DNA of 64,000 nucleotides from the human T2T-CHM13v2.0 reference genome, Homo sapiens (GCF_009914755.1 NC_060929.1), one strand, 5' to 3'. Counted from the stretch's first letter, positions 27,879 to 45,520 are shown. The notes: generated by a model not told the origin, from the letters alone. Numbers and translations: made by a program.

Positions 27879-29013
27879 TGATAAGTACTGCTTCTAAGAA
27901 TACTTGAGGTGCCCAAGAGGACTTACGTAACTGTTTTACATGCCTCAGCTAAATTTGAAAACAATGCACAAGCCAGAACTGGAAATACTGATCCTGGGGA
28001 GAAAGATATATGAGTTGGTTATGGGGCTGGGGAGCCTATTGCATCATTATTGGGTACACCATGTTATTGTTTTGCTGGCAATAGCAGAAGCTGTGCTGAT
28101 AGTCGCAAGTTTTATGGTAGACCTTTTTGAAGTTGCAATGTGGGTGCCAAACCATTTGTTGTTTTTATCCTTGGCTCAGAGCCTGAAAATTGATGCATAT
28201 TAACCTTCTTTAAACAACAGATCTCCAGGCACCTTGCCTTAACTACTTCAAAGGATTCACTGACAGATGTCAGAGATTTGAAAACAGAAGCAAAGCTGAA
28301 AATCTTTCAGTGGCTACTCAAATGCACAAAGTCAAAGTGTCCATGGCATCAAGATGGCAGCATCAGTTCATGGGGCTGTGATTTCTATTCCACCTTCCTG
28401 CCTTTTTGTAAACTTTACTTTGATGTTTGTATTGCACAGGGTTTGTGTATTTATAAAAGTTTCAAAACTCTAGTAAAGTCAGAATCTAATTCATTTAAAA
28501 AGTGGCCGGTATGCAGTGCAAGAATGACTTATTTTGGAATTTCAAAATATAGTTTACTAACGGAACTTATAACTCACTTGGAAGCCATTCCTTGTTGCTG
28601 TTTTAGTGTTTGTTTACACAAGAATGTACCTAAAGATTAGTTTGAAGGGTGAAGAGTAGAAATGATCTGGTAACAAACCAACTTCAGGAAAGCTGAATGC
28701 TTTAAACCAATGTTTTATAGATTAGTTGGCTGGCTCTGTGTACACACCATCAAACATATGTCTGTTCTTTATTATTAGATTACTCTAAATAAGCTTCTAC
28801 TGTGTACACCACATAGTGGGTGATGTCCTGGGTACAGATTGTGCCAATTATGTGAAATTCATAAAATGAGAAGGAACACTGGATGTTGTGGGAAGTGGTT
28901 AGCATAGGCTGTATGGTTTTGTGGAACGTGCCCTGGAATATGTACCAATAGGTGTTTTTATGGTGATAATGATAGAGGATCTCAAGTGAGCTGATTCTGG
29001 TATAAAATAGACA

Positions 29014-29306
<293 letters not shown>

Positions 29307-30903
29307 TAAAATAAACATTTCTTTTGATGGCAAAATGTTAAATTCAAATCCTGTAAATAGTGCTAGTCACAGGAACCCATAATAACTTTGCTCAAGAACT
29401 GTTTTGTAAGAAATTCTTAAGTAACTGCCGAGGTTGGTGAATACATTTAAAGGATAATCGCACTTAGCAAATGTTGAGGAGAGTGTTTTCAGAATTTCCT
29501 AGGTGAAAATCTTTTTTTAGCTAAGCAGGAATAAGCCCACAGCTGCATGTTCAGTGTGGCACTTAAGCTGGGGTCCTTCCCATCCTGTGTCCAGTGAGGC
29601 CCTGCCACCATACTTGTGGGTCTGTGCTCAAGCTCTCCCAGTGAGACAGCTGCTGCCAGAAGTAGGGCTGAACTCCTGGAGAGTGACTTCAGGAGCAGCC
29701 ACTTACCCATCCTCAGCTTTCTTGTAGCTTCTTTTGAGTTCTTTTGCTTAAGAAACTTGAGAACAACCTGCTGCCTCTGGCTTTCAACATGATTGTAAAG
29801 CACTACTGGTTTTCACCTTGCTTCTGTTGCTGACTTAACTTTACATTGTGTCTCAGCTTGGAAAATTAATCATTTTCTTGGGATTACAATAATCATAAGA
29901 GGTTAATATTCAAAATTATATTGAAAATGTTTGTGTTTGTTTCTTTACTTTTGTTAAAAGGTATCATTAATTGACTAGTGGCCAAAAAGCTTCCAGGTTT
30001 CACATTTATTTAAACAGTCCAGCTTCCTGTATAGGGTGGGGAGGGGGTCTTTCTGGAGAAAAGTTGCCTCATGATACACTTAGAATTCAACATTTGCTCA
30101 GTTGGACCTAACTTCTTATTTTTTTTGCATAATTCACCCTTTGTGGTTAGTAATTACCTTTTTGAATACGTTCTTAGCCTTAATCTATTTCATATATACT
30201 ATCTATTATGTGCCTTATTACTTTACCCCTAAATTGTTTTCTCATCTCAAGACAGTTCTTTTCAGCCAACATTTTGTCAGTTTTATTTTCCTGAGCTGTC
30301 TTCTAGAGCCTTCTAACTTGATCCAGTCTGGACTGGTTGTCCCCATATCTGTTGTATAGTACTATCTTAGATTCCCTTTACTTCCCTTGAGTTGAATCTT
30401 TTATTTTCTATATTCCATGTCTTCCTCTTCGTTTATTTCTTCATTTTGGTGGAGTATATATCCTCTAGAACCTTCCTGAGAAAGCACGTTGGAAGTAAAT
30501 CTTTTGAAACATTCATGTCTGAAAGTGGTTTTTTTGTTGTTGTTATTATTGTTACTACCTTCACATTTGATTGGTAGTTTGGATTGGTATAAAATTCTAG
30601 GTTTTAGATGACTTCATTATCTTTACTTCCTCTTCTGTTGAATTTTTCATTTCTACTATTATGCTTTAATTTCCAAGAATTTTTGTTTTCTTGTCCTCCA
30701 AATGTTTTTTCTTTTTAAAAGTAGCATCTTGTTTCATGGTTGTAGTATCTTCTGTTTCATGGAAGATATTATTAATATTTTTAGAAGTTCCCTAACAGGG
30801 CAGAATCCATATTGGTACACAAGTCTTTTTGGATTCTTGATGTAAATTGTGTCTCCGTTTTCCTTAAGGACAGTTTAAAATTCAGATACCTTGAGTCTTT
30901 TAA

Positions 30904-31286
<383 letters not shown>

Positions 31287-31399
31287 GGTTTTATGCCGTT
31301 TTAAACAATCTCTTAACTGTCGTTTCAAGATGGAGAGAAATTAGATGCATGTGTTTAACTCACTGTTTACCAGAAGCTATGATATAAAAATTATTCATG

Positions 31400-32330
31400 T
31401 TCATGTTAAAAAAAAAACTACAGTAGTATGCAGGGGTATGCAGTAAAGGGTAAAAAGTCTCCCTCTGCCACCCTTCCATACCTACTACCCAGAGGTAACC
31501 AGAGTAAGTCACATGTGTTACCTCCTAAAATTTTTATTGATATTTAGATTTTTTATTTATATAGAATAATGTATATCATTTAAAGAATACAAAGAAAGTG
31601 TTACCATGTAAATACATAAAAATATATACATATATGGTATATGATATAAACATACTGTATATATTCAATGTATGTTGAAATTATGGAGTTCTATACTGAT
31701 GCAAACAGATCTTAATTTTCTTTTAGCTGTTTCGTAGTACTACACTGCATGAGTTTTTCCCAATAAGATCCCAATTGATGGACATTTATTTCTTATTCAT
31801 CTTTTTAAATTATAAGCAGCGCTACTATGAATATTCAGACACACATATTTTTCACTATTAGTCTATTTTTAGATAAATTATTTAAAGTGGTGCTTATTCA
31901 AAGGGTTATGTGCACTTTTTTATTACGAAGACATGCCAAGTTGTTTTTCAAAAAGGTTAGTCCTCTGCTAAGAGTATATAAAAGTGTCTTTTTTTTCTTT
32001 TACATCCTGTTACATGGTTATTGTGAAGCTTTTAAATCTTTGGCGTTCCGATAAGTGAAAAATGCTATCCTATATTTCTAATTTGCTTGTCTTTAATTAT
32101 ATATGAAGATAATCGTATACATACTTGCTGTTCTCTTTCTATGAGCTGCATATTCAGTTTGTTTAGCCATTGTTCTTTGGATTATTCATCTTTTTCTTGT
32201 CAATTTGTAAGAGCCTATTATGTTTGGGAGAATTTTGCCTTGTGTCTGTTATGCCTTACAGATATTATCCTTCACATTTTTTAACTTGTTTAACCTATTT
32301 TTGCTATATGGTTTATGTTATTTTAAAAAT
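31400..32330 (-). mobile_element. Old L1ME-like fragment
   Basis: Degenerate motifs 'ttgatggacattta' and 'cttgtcaatttgtaagag'. Confidence 0.55.
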
Positions 32331-32515
32331 GAAAAAATACTAAACAAGTATTGGCTTTGTTTTCCTTGCCTAAAATTATTTCCTTTATACCTTTAAAATA
32401 TTACATAGTATTTAACCTCATTTAGAAAATATCAGTGATATTTTATTTCAACTAACTAGTTAATAGAAAATTTAAACTTTCCTCAATTCTGATTCTAACT
32501 TTTAAAAGTCACTAA

Positions 32516-32761
<246 letters not shown>

Positions 32762-33466
32762 TAAGTACCAGACCCTGAATTCTTCCTTTTCACCAGTCAG
32801 TATAATTCAGTGCATTTGCCATTTATTTGTGGATTCTTAATCTTTACTAGAATAATAATAGAAGTTGCATGAGTACATATATAATTAGAAATGTGATTGG
32901 ACCCTAAAAGTGTTACATTACAGCTGGAATACTTGCTACCTAAAATTTAGGCAGTTTACCATCTAGGACAGATATAGTACTCCCCCACATATCAGATGAT
33001 GGAAAGGTAAAACACAGGCAAAGCCAAGCATTAGTAGTTTATTAACCCCAAAATGAGTGTCAGATATCTTGTACTCATTTCCTATATTTCCAGAGATGTC
33101 TTTATATTTAGAATCTGTAAAAGCAAAGTTATCCTTTAAAAGGTAGTTATAACATATTGCACAAAACATTCTATGTAAATGAAATAGGATTTGACATTTA
33201 CGTTTGTCTTTGTTTTCTGCATAGGCAAACAACAAATAATTTATCTCTTGGTTTTACCATGGGAATCATGAAGTTAAAAAGCAGAAATGATTTTAGGGTA
33301 ATTTTGACCATCCTCAGAGAAGTTAAAAAACAAATCCATAAGTGCTTAGTGACAATTGGAACCACATTTTTCTGACTTCCAGTGCTTTCCTCTTTTATCA
33401 CACTATGAAAAATAAGCGATAACTGCTGTAATTAATAAACTTCGAATATGTATTTGCATGTTTTGA

Positions 33467-33700
<234 letters not shown>

Positions 33701-35840
33701 TAAAATGTAAATAGAAATCTGAGGATAGGATATGTATTATCTTTTCAAATTTTCTGTTTTATTCCTTGGAAATATGTTGTAATAACTTGTTTTGATAAGA
33801 GTTATTTTAATGATAGTGTTTTATTAGTCTCTTGTTAAAGTAATGCAACTTAATGTTATATGTATATTAGCGTTATCTGTTGAAATTATATTATAGAAAA
33901 TCTCAATTACTATGAATAACAACTTATAGAATTCATTTGTTCTAAATCCAGGAAAGAGAAGTTAGTCTTTGATCCCTACCTTGCAGATGATGAAATGATA
34001 CAAAGCCTGTGTTGATTGGCTCATACAGTGATTAAACGGTGGGGCTTCCTCCTAAAGTTAAGAGTATAGCTGCTAAAAAAAACAAGTCTAGAGTGAAAAA
34101 CTACAGTTAGTGAGTCTTCCATAAAATTATGGTACTGTTTAGAATATGTTTCTTGGGGGTGTGTACTTCTGTTTAAAGTTTGATAGTAATGTCTGAATGA
34201 GAACCAGAAAAGGAAGAAGTATGCCTTTTAAATATGGTTGTGCTTTTCAGTCCTATTCTGGGTCTTGAGGCATGCTACTCCTATATCTTATGTTTAATAA
34301 AATATGAAGATTCAAACTGAGGGAGTTTGAGAAATTCTGTTTTATTAAAATACCAAATTAGGAAACTTATGGTTAACTTCTATAGAATGAGCATTTTATT
34401 CAGGATTTTCAAAAAATAGATATTTTTCCGGTGGGGAAGAACTTAATTTCAAATCAAATTTTTAAACATTTACATTGTTTTGTGTGTTTTGCCAAAAGAT
34501 TGTTGAATGTATAGTTATTTGAAATAAGAAGCTCTACATTAATTGAGAATGTTCATTAAAGTGTTTATTAGTCTTGTGTTATTTCATAGATTTACCCATT
34601 AAGTCAACCTGTCTTCTGAACTAAAATTATTAAGATATTATACTCAGCAGACATTCACAATGCCACATAGAGCTCTATATAACAGAAAAATGATTTGACA
34701 ATATTTATACTTATGTTTATTGTCTGAACAGACAAATACCAAATATTTAATTGTAACTCTTGTTTTTGCTATGCAGTCATGACCTTGCAAAGTGAAAACT
34801 GGCCTAAAGGCCACTATTCTGGCTATTGGTTTAAAATCAGATGATCAACACTGCTTTAGTTACTTTAATAAAAGATATGTAGTAGAAAAGTGGCTGCCTT
34901 TTCTACTACATTTTTTTTTTTTTTTTTACAGTGGAGAAAGTAAGTGTAAGTGCCAATTCTACCATTTACATGCTATACGACCATGGAAGAGTTACCTCTG
35001 TTGTAAGACTATTATGGAGACCAATTAAGTTAAAATACATGAAAGTGCTTTTTAATCATAAAGTGCTATGCTTATACTACTCATATAATAACAATAATAG
35101 TAATACAGTTACCATTTATCAAGTACTTGTTAAAGTCTAGAATGGTGGTAGGTGCCTACATATATTATTTAATTCTTATAACAATGCCCAAAAGGGTCAT
35201 TCCAGTTTGTTGGAAAGAAAACCAAGGTTTGGAGTAGTTAGATAAGTTACCCAAGGTCCGAAGCACAAATCCAGCCCACTTCTGCCAGACTCTAGTCTTT
35301 CTATTATATTAATATCAGTATTTCATTCCATTTATTAATTCCAAATATTAACACAAAGATTCTCAACACCATGGATTTTATCTGACAAAATCTAGATATT
35401 TTAGAGCTCATAGTATTCAAAATAAAATAAAGTTTAAGTCTTGGAAAGACGGTCCTGGATTCATTTGGCAGTTTTTGAGTAAAAATGAGAGAAAATTATC
35501 AGGAATTCATAAGAGATAGTAGACTGGTTATTCATTATGAGTGTGGCATTGAGGTTTAAAAAGTACAGCATGGAGATCAACTAATTGTATTAAAAATTAT
35601 TAGGAAGATCAGTTATCTTTTATCTTTACTAGGTTAAGTTGATGAATTTGAGGAACAAAGTTTCTTCGTTATTGATAGTAGGATGGATTCTTGTTGGTTT
35701 TTAATAATCTTCTCTAGGATTTTAGTAGAATGTTAATACAAAATTGCTTTCATAGAACCTTTTGAAAAAAATAATTCTATTCATTGGAACACCAAAGGAA
35801 TTCTAAATATTCAAAATTGTTTTAATCAAATTCTGTTTTA

Positions 35841-36132
<292 letters not shown>

Positions 36133-38396
36133 GGACTAATGCTATTCTCAAATTATTTAGAGGTACTTAAAGGACTAGGAACAGACTCCATCAAATATGA
36201 TTATCTCTGAGAAGTGAGGGAGGCAGGGTGGAAAACCCTTATTTTACATTTATTGGTGCTTTTTTATGCCTTTCTGTTCTGACATTTTATTTCTATACAT
36301 ATGTCTTTTGTAATAACCTTAAAAGACCCATTATAGCAGCCCCATGTGAGCCACGTGATGGTATGTGGATCTTGTTATTTTTACTAAAATTAGATAAATG
36401 TGCCAGTCTGTAAATCCAGTGTTATTTTGACAACATTCATTTTTCACCTCTGTTCCCAGCTTTTATATACTCATTAGAATACTAAAGCCTTATTGTATGA
36501 TTCCTTATTGTCTCTATGTAAATATTGGCTTAGAAGAAATTAATGAAAGCAGAAACTTTATATTTTTATGTAATAATGTACATACATTATTATGTATTAT
36601 GTAATGAACGTATGTATGAATGTATGTGTGTATGTATGAAAGTATGTATGTATGTAATGAAAGCAGAAGTTTACATAGTTTACTGCTTCTGTTGCAGTCT
36701 CTATCATATTTTATGAATATATACCAATTATCTCTTAACCTTGAATGAAATGTGGAATGGAAATGGGGCAATGTTTACATTGGGGGCAGTACTGATAAGT
36801 ATTATTATTATTACTAAGGGAAAAAGAAAAATATTGGAAAAAATCTTTAGAAAGGGTTTTATTAATTGACAGCATGCAGCATATCCAAATACCTGTTTAC
36901 TGGTTTAAAATGTGGAAAATAATCTGTTACATCTGAGTACTTTTTACTTAGATTTAAAATATAGTAAAACATCCTTAAATTATTAAGAGAATGAAATTGG
37001 GGGATTGGAGGAATGGGTTAAGTGTGGTGCTGGAGAAAACAGCAGTTTCTGGAGTGAGTAAGAGTTTCGGCAAGCCTAGCAACGTTGCCAGCCCAGTGAT
37101 ACCACAGGCTATATAGATTGAATAACAATATCTGGCATTTAACTAAGACAGAATTGGGTCCCAGGAGAAGAATATGAGAGATTGCTTATAATGAATCAAG
37201 GCAGACTACTCACATCAACACCTAATAAACAAAGTCAGGAACTGTAGACCAGGAAAAGTTGCTATGAGAGCTTTCTAAGATTACTGGAATGTATGCTATT
37301 TTTCTATGTTAGTTTTCTTTTCTTTAGTAATAAAATTCTTAAACCAAAGGCCTACCTGTTCATTCTTAGAATGTTTGAAAAAAAGAATAGCTAGAGAAAA
37401 ATGTTGTATCTTATTGTCAGTATAGAAGAGAAGAAAAGCTAGCAGAAGACAACTCTGAGGAGGAACCCAGGCTGAAACTCTGAGGATTGCTGAGTGAGGA
37501 AAAGGGACCCTCAGGATCAGTCCAAGGACCAGACCCTGTCTGAGGATGTGACCAGAGGGGTTTAACTTGTGCCTTCCTGACTCTCGCTGTTTTCCCCCCT
37601 GCAGTGGCACTGTATTGGCTCTGTGTATGGTAGCCCGCTGTAGTGATTGTGCTCCTAGAGTAGAACTTTTGATACTTACAGATTGAATAGTTGTGGTCCA
37701 AACTGTTCCCAAGGTGCTCCTTGTTCAAAATGTCCACCATCCCTTAGCCAGTAACTCCTGTGGAGCTCTGTGTTAGTCATTATGCATCTGGATGTGTCCT
37801 TCCCAAATATCAGTGATCCAATCAGTCTGTTCCTGAATTTTGCTGTTTGCCTTTAGCATAGCTCTTTCCAGAATTATTTTATAAAAAGGCCAACATTTCT
37901 TTTAGTAGAACACTCTAAAACAGCAGAATTATTTAGCACAGTTTAAAAGTGATTTTATCTTTCCCATTAGTGATATTTTTTGTGGTTTTTCAAAAGTTAC
38001 TTTTTGTAGCCAAAGGAGGCTTGTTAGACTCTTCACTCTTAACTATTTAAGTGGGTGTGGCAGATTTGAAACTGTAGTAATTCTCTATAAATGAGGGCAT
38101 CACTAGTTCAAAACAGTTTTCTAATGATGAAATTTTTTAGATTAGCCACTAATTCTTAATATAATTAATGTAAAAGCTACAGTGTTTCTATTAATGGGAA
38201 AAATAAACTCAAGAACCATGTTGATACTGTTATTAATATGAACATTATAAATACCTGAAGGTACGTGCATATAATAAAACTGATAAATGTGAAAAAGTTC
38301 TCATAGCTCTCTCAAGATGACAACCACACAGTTTCTGGGTTCCATTCTGCTCAAAATGGGTTTTTATAAATTTATTTAAATGAATCATTGAATTAG

Positions 38397-38744
<348 letters not shown>

Positions 38745-38885
38745 TGAGAAGAGATAATACATAACTAAGGCTAAAAATGAATGGTGTGATAGAACTTCAC
38801 TTGCTTCCTGGCTGATTTCAGAGAACCTTATTTGCAGAGCACAGTTGGATCTATAAATATATTATGAATGTAAATTAAAATGACA

Positions 38886-39750
38886 GGAGATATTATCTCA
38901 CCCCAGTTAAAATGGCTTTTATCCAAAAGACAGGCAATAACAAATGTTGATGAGGATGTGGAGAAAAGGGAACTCTTGTACACTGTTGGTGGGAATGTAA
39001 ATTAATACTACCACTACCACTGTGGAGAACAGTTTGGAGGTCCCTCAAAAAAAAAAAAAAAATAGAGCTACCATATGATCCAGCAATCCCACTGCTAGGT
39101 ATATATCCCAAAGAAAGGTAATTAGTATATTAAGGAGATATCTGCACTGCAGTGTTTATTGCAGCACTATTCACAACAGCTAAGATTTGGAAACAAACTA
39201 AGTGTCCATCAACAGACAAATGGGTAAAGAAGCTGTAGTATGTAATCACAACAGAGTACTATACAGCCATAAAAAAGAATGAGATCCTGTAATTTGCAAC
39301 AACATGGATGGATTATGGAGGTCATTATGTTAAGGGAAATAAGCCAGGTGCAGAAAGACAAACTTGGCGTGTTGTCACTTACTTGTGGGAGCTAAAAATT
39401 AAAACAGTTGAACTCACGGAGATACAGAATAGAATGATGGTTACCAGAAACTGGTAGTGGTAGTGGGGGTGGAGGGGATGAGGGGATGGTTAATGGATAC
39501 AAAAAAACCAGAAAGAATGAATAAAACCTAGTATTGATAACATGGTAATTATAATCAATAATAATTTAATTGTACATTTTTAAATAAAAGAGTATAACTG
39601 GATTATTTGTAGCACAAAAGATAAATGCTTGAGGAGATGGATACCCCATTTACCCTGATGTGATTATTACGCATTGTATGTCTGTATCAAACTATCTCAT
39701 GTAACCAATAAATATATACAACTACCATGTACCCACAAAAATAAAAAAAA
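38886..39750 (+). mobile_element. L1MA-like ORF2 end and 3'UTR (sense)
   Basis: 'atctcaccccagttaaaatggcttttatccaaaag'...'gtacccacaaaaataaaaaaa'. Confidence 0.9.
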
Positions 39751-40333
39751 GATACTATGGTTCATATAAGTGAAAACTTGAAGAAAACTCTCATATGGGA
39801 AGAAACACTTTCTTCTCTTTATAGTTAGGGAAGTCAGTGCTTTCCTGTGAAGAGACTTTTACAGGATTTCAGTTCCTTGGATAAAAACTATCTAAAAATC
39901 CTCTCTGTTCAGAATAGGGGAGGATCATATCTCAGACTGGTGTAACATCTAGTAATTGAATATTTTAAAATTTTATATACTTAGAAATTCAATCTTTTAT
40001 GAGTAGTAGAATTCTTAAGATAAGTGAGTATTAATAAATGAAAGAGGTGGTTAATGAAAAAGCCATCAGAGTATACATATAACAATATTAGAAACATGAA
40101 AGCCCAAGTATTACAAATGTTTTATGCAATACAAATTGTACTTTGTCCCAAGTAGTGAACCCTTAATTAATAATATTTGTCTGTATTGACATATATACAG
40201 TCTGAAAAACAATACTGGACTTATCTTGAGTGTTTAACAATATATAATAAATTGTTATACCACAATTTGGGGAAAGCTTTAAAATATATAATGGTTACTT
40301 ATCTAAATCTCTGTTTATTTGTATTTGTTTTAG

Positions 40334-40398
40334 TTTATGATAGAAATAAAGAACTCTGCTGTATCTTGTATACCAACTGATTGGGTAAAGGTTGGAAG
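40334..40398 (+). CDS. MSH3: MSH3 coding exon (exon 16, 65 bp): [22 protein letters not shown]
   Basis: Splice sites ttgtttTAG| and AAG|gtaggt; frame is continuous. Confidence 0.96.
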
Positions 40399-40524
40399 GT
40401 AGGTTTAAAATAAATTTTTTTCTTACAATGCATTATGATGACATCTGTATATCTATGTGCTACTGGGCTCATCGTAGCCACATTCTTGAAATTAAAAGCA
40501 ATTCTTTTTACTTATTTTTTCTGA

Positions 40525-41019
<495 letters not shown>

Positions 41020-41504
41020 TAGTTGCTTTTACTTCATGGTGAATGCTATGCCTGACATTTCTTTTAAGAAGCTGCAATTTCATTTTCTACCTCACTGAGC
41101 TCCACATTTCTTTATTCTTAATGCCTTCCTTGGCACATAATTATTATAATTCTTTACATCTTTTTTTTTGTAACCCAGATCATGAATTGATGAAAATAAA
41201 TTAATCAAAAACAAATTTAGAGAACCACATTGGGACTCTGCCTTTTCTCCTTGGTTAGATACTAATCTCCAAGAGAGGACTCATTTAAAGACAAGGTATT
41301 AGGGAAGTATATACAGCTGTGAATAGTATCTTTTGTGGAATATTTATTAGTACTGTTATCAATAAGTTGCACAAACATGAGATGAAAATGGTACATTTGC
41401 CTCAGATGGTAGAAGAGGGACCGTAGCTGGTAATAGTGTACAGACATTCTGTTTTAAGGATGAAGGGAAATTTTGACATAATGTGTGAATGATTGTTACT
41501 TTAT

Positions 41505-41823
<319 letters not shown>

Positions 41824-42539
41824 TAATTTATTATTTTAACTTAAAAAGAGAATGTTTATTATCCATTGCCACATCATCAGATGTTGAAGGCACAGGCATG
41901 GATTTCTTTCATTCTAATACCATCTTTTTTTTTTTAATGCTACCAGAAGCTGTACTTTAGATTTGAGTATTGTTGATTCTAGGGGATGTTTTCTCTTTTT
42001 GCAGGCATTCTTTCCTTTATCTGTTTTTGTCCTGTACCACAGCTAATGAATGAAATATGCATTATGAAGAGAAATTACCAAAAACCATGTTAGTCTATCT
42101 ACAACAATAACTGAAATATCTCCCTAAATGAGTTTTTCCAGAAGATAAAGCTTTGATAAATATGTTGGCCTAGAAGTCTAGATGATATAATTTTAAAGCA
42201 ACAAGCAAGGCATAAATCAGTGACACCATCTTTCACATGTTCAGTAATGTAAATTGAATCAACAGATAAGATAGTTAGGGAAAGGTTCATTGCAGTTTAT
42301 CTGTTTGGCCATAGGGTTTTGACAGAGATGAGTTAGAACATCAGGAGTCAGATTTTGAATGCAAAAGGCCCACCCCTAATCCAGCAACTTGGCAAATTAA
42401 AGTGCAACAGTGTATTACAAGAGTTGGGGAGCAAAAAAAGACCAGACACCTTGATCTTTTCTTCTTGAAGATTTATCATCATAATGACAGCATTAACAGC
42501 AGTGGCAACCGCCACCACCACCACCACCACAACCACAAT

Positions 42540-42730
42540 ACTTACAGGCGCTCTCCTAAGTTTTATTTGTTTGATCCTGTCAACAGTACCTATGAGGTAG
42601 ATATTATTATCCCCGTTTCATAGATGAGAAAAGTGATATTTAGAGAAGGTCTGTTTCATTTGCCCCAAATCACATAGCTAGTAAGTAAGTGGCAGGACTG
42701 GAGCCTCGACCTGGCTTCTCTGACTGGGGA
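42540..42730. mobile_element. MIR preceded by (CAC)n
   Basis: 'attattatccccgtttcatagatgagaaa...cacatagctagtaagt'. Confidence 0.75.
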
Positions 42731-43294
42731 CCCATGGCATCCCCTGTTGTGCTCTAGCTACTGAACAGAGAGCAGAGATGATACTCAAGCCCAGATGGGG
42801 AGCATGTGGTATTTCTTCCTATCCAGAGCCACTGTGAATCTGCACAGATCACAGTATCCTGAAGATCTTTCTTAATTGCCTCCTGACTTAATGCATTGCT
42901 TTCTTTGTAATGCTTTTTTATTTTTCTTTTTTCACTGAAATACTTCAATCATACAGAAAAGCCCATAAAACAAAGAATAATACAACCTTCACCAATGTAT
43001 CTACCTCCCAGCTTTGTCTTATTTTCTTTTACCATATATGCTTCTGATCTTTTTTAAAGAGCATTTTCACTTAGTATAATTTAAAGAAAAAAGCTTTCTG
43101 CCTATGAAATAAAAGTTCTAAACTCTGACTTTGCTATATGGGTATAATTTGAAATGCATTTTAAAAGGCTTCCTGAGCAAAGTCATATTCTTTGGAATCA
43201 GTAGAGTTCAGGACCATAATTAAAGAATGTTCTTCTGTTTACAGCTGTTTACTTTCAAGGTTCATCAGAGAATAATAAATAACTAATTTTCTAA

Positions 43295-43477
<183 letters not shown>

Positions 43478-43610
43478 TGAGTTTACAATGAAAAAATATA
43501 ATCTGACTTTTTGCTATCAGAAACAGACTGGAAAAATCTTTCCATCAAAAAGAAAATAGAGATTACAGCTCATGACCCACCATAAAATAGTTGAGTACAT
43601 GTGTTCTCTG

Positions 43611-43932
43611 ATTTTATTTCTTTTTTTTTTTTTTTACTTTTTTTTTTTTGATACTGAGTCTTGCTTTGTCACCGAGGCTGGAGTGCAGTGGCACGATCTC
43701 GGCTCACTGCATCCTCCACCTCTCAGGTTCAAGCAATTCTTTGTGCCTCAGCCTCCTGAGTAGCTGGGATTACAGGCACCCACCACTACACCCAGCTAAT
43801 TTTTGTATTTTTAGTAGAGACGGGATTTCGCCATGTTGGCCAGGCTGATGTTGTACTCCTGACCTCAAGTGATCCGCCTGCCTCAGCCTCCCAAAGTGCT
43901 GGGATTACAGGCTTGAACCACTGCACCCAGCC
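43611..43932 (-). mobile_element. AluS (antisense), about 135 bp downstream of exon 17
   Basis: Reverse Alu sequence. Confidence 0.95.
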
Positions 43933-44190
43933 CGAAAGAAATTCTTAAAATCTACTGAAAGTTAAGATGACCCGCTATACACCCTTCACCTAGGTTCATC
44001 ACATGTTAGCATTTGCCACATTTGCTTTTTATCTCTCATGTATTTTTTTTCCTGAAACATTTGGAAGTAAGTTTTAGGCATTGTAACACTTTACCCCTAA
44101 ATACTTAAGCCTACGTCTTTAAAAATAAGGACATTCTACTATATAATCTTAACACCATTTATTATTACATCTAAAAAAAATTAACATTAA

Positions 44191-44502
44191 TTTTTTTTTT
44201 TTTTTTTTGAGGTGGAGTCTCACTCTGTCACCCAGGCTGGAGTGCAGTGGCGCAATCTTGGCTCACTGCAAGCTCTGCCTCCCGAGTTCTCCCACCTCAG
44301 TCATTCTCCCACCTCAGCCTCCTGAGTAGCTGGGACTACAGGCGCACACCGCCACGCCCTGCTAATTTTTTTTTTTTGTATTTTTAATAGAGACGGGGTT
44401 TCACCGTGTTAGCCAAGATTATCTCAATCTCCTGACCTTGTGATGCGCCCTCCTCGGCCTCCCAAAGTGCTGGGATTACAGGCATGAGCCACTGCGCCGG
44501 CC
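44191..44502 (-). mobile_element. AluY/Sc-like (antisense) with a small internal duplication
   Basis: gcaagct and accgtgttagcc diagnostics; long TSD aaaaaattaacattaattt; ttctcccacctcag occurs twice. Confidence 0.93.
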
Positions 44503-44780
44503 AAAAAATTAACATTAATTTATGAATATATTTGAATTTCTTGAATTTTCCCAATGTCCCCCCGCCACCGGCTTTAGATTTTAAAATGAAAGACCTAATC
44601 AACTTTTACATGTTGCATTTGGTAATTATGCTTCTTTAGTCTGTTTGAACCTAGAATTATCTGCCACGTTTTTTGTTATTTTACCATGGTATTTTTTGAA
44701 GAGTCCTTGCCATTGTCTCAAAGAATGCCTTATATTCTGGATTTATTGATAGTCATGTGTTCATATTGGCAGTTTTAAGT

Positions 44781-44970
44781 CATGGCATGCTGGCCAATGT
44801 TTAACAGCCAGCTCTTTGGAAGGACAGTCATGTTTGTAGAGTTTGCTGATTTCTGTAGTGTAAACACTCCCACCAGGGCTGATGTCAAGCTACCACTGGA
44901 CTGGAGTTGGGAAGAGATGTACACAGTTGATTTTCATGAGTCCATAGGAACCAGCTCTAGACCACCACTG
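44781..44970. mobile_element. MER63A-like hAT MITE
   Basis: 'tgctggccaatgtttaaca...caagctacca...ggagttgggaagagatg...caccactg'. Confidence 0.7.
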
Positions 44971-45224
44971 GTCTGAGTACTTTATATATAAACTCAGTAT
45001 TTTTCACGTGACCCCTGTAAGGCTAAGTATCATACCCAACTTACAAATGAATAAAGTGAGATGCAGAAATAAGAAGTTAATCTTCCAAGGGTAAGGGTTG
45101 GAGCCCAGATTCAGCCCCAGCCATCCGGCAGCCAGATGTCTGGCCTTTGCCAGCCTGCCCATGGTGAGCCTGCAGGCATCAGTCTAAATACATCTGTTAG
45201 TCTCTCACTTTAAAACCATAAACA

Positions 45225-45520
45225 GGCCAGGCGCAGTGGCTCACACCTGTAATCCCAGCAGTTTGGGAGGCTGAGGTGGGCAGATCACTTGAGGCCAAGA
45301 ATTCAAGACCAGCCTGGCCAAGATGGTGAAACCCTGTTTCTACTAAAAATACAAAAATTAGCCGGGTGTGGTGGCATGTACCTGTAATCCCACGTAACTC
45401 AGTAAGCTAATGCACGAGAATCACTTGAACCGGGGAGGCGGAGGTTGCAGTGAGCCGAGATTGCGCCTCTGCACTCCAGCCTGGGCAACAGAGCGTGACT
45501 GTCTCAAATAAATAAATAAA
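45225..45520 (+). mobile_element. AluS (sense)
   Basis: TSD aaaacc(a/t)taaaca and an (AAAT)n tail. Confidence 0.95.

Noticed and set aside
31460-31509. AGA|gtaagt donor as a pseudoexon
   Set aside because: The nearest good acceptor is only 13 nt upstream, and other upstream AGs lack a polypyrimidine tract.
37296-37740. 138-aa and 107-aa minus-strand ORFs
   Set aside because: No recognisable homology or splice and promoter context; the lengths are compatible with chance.
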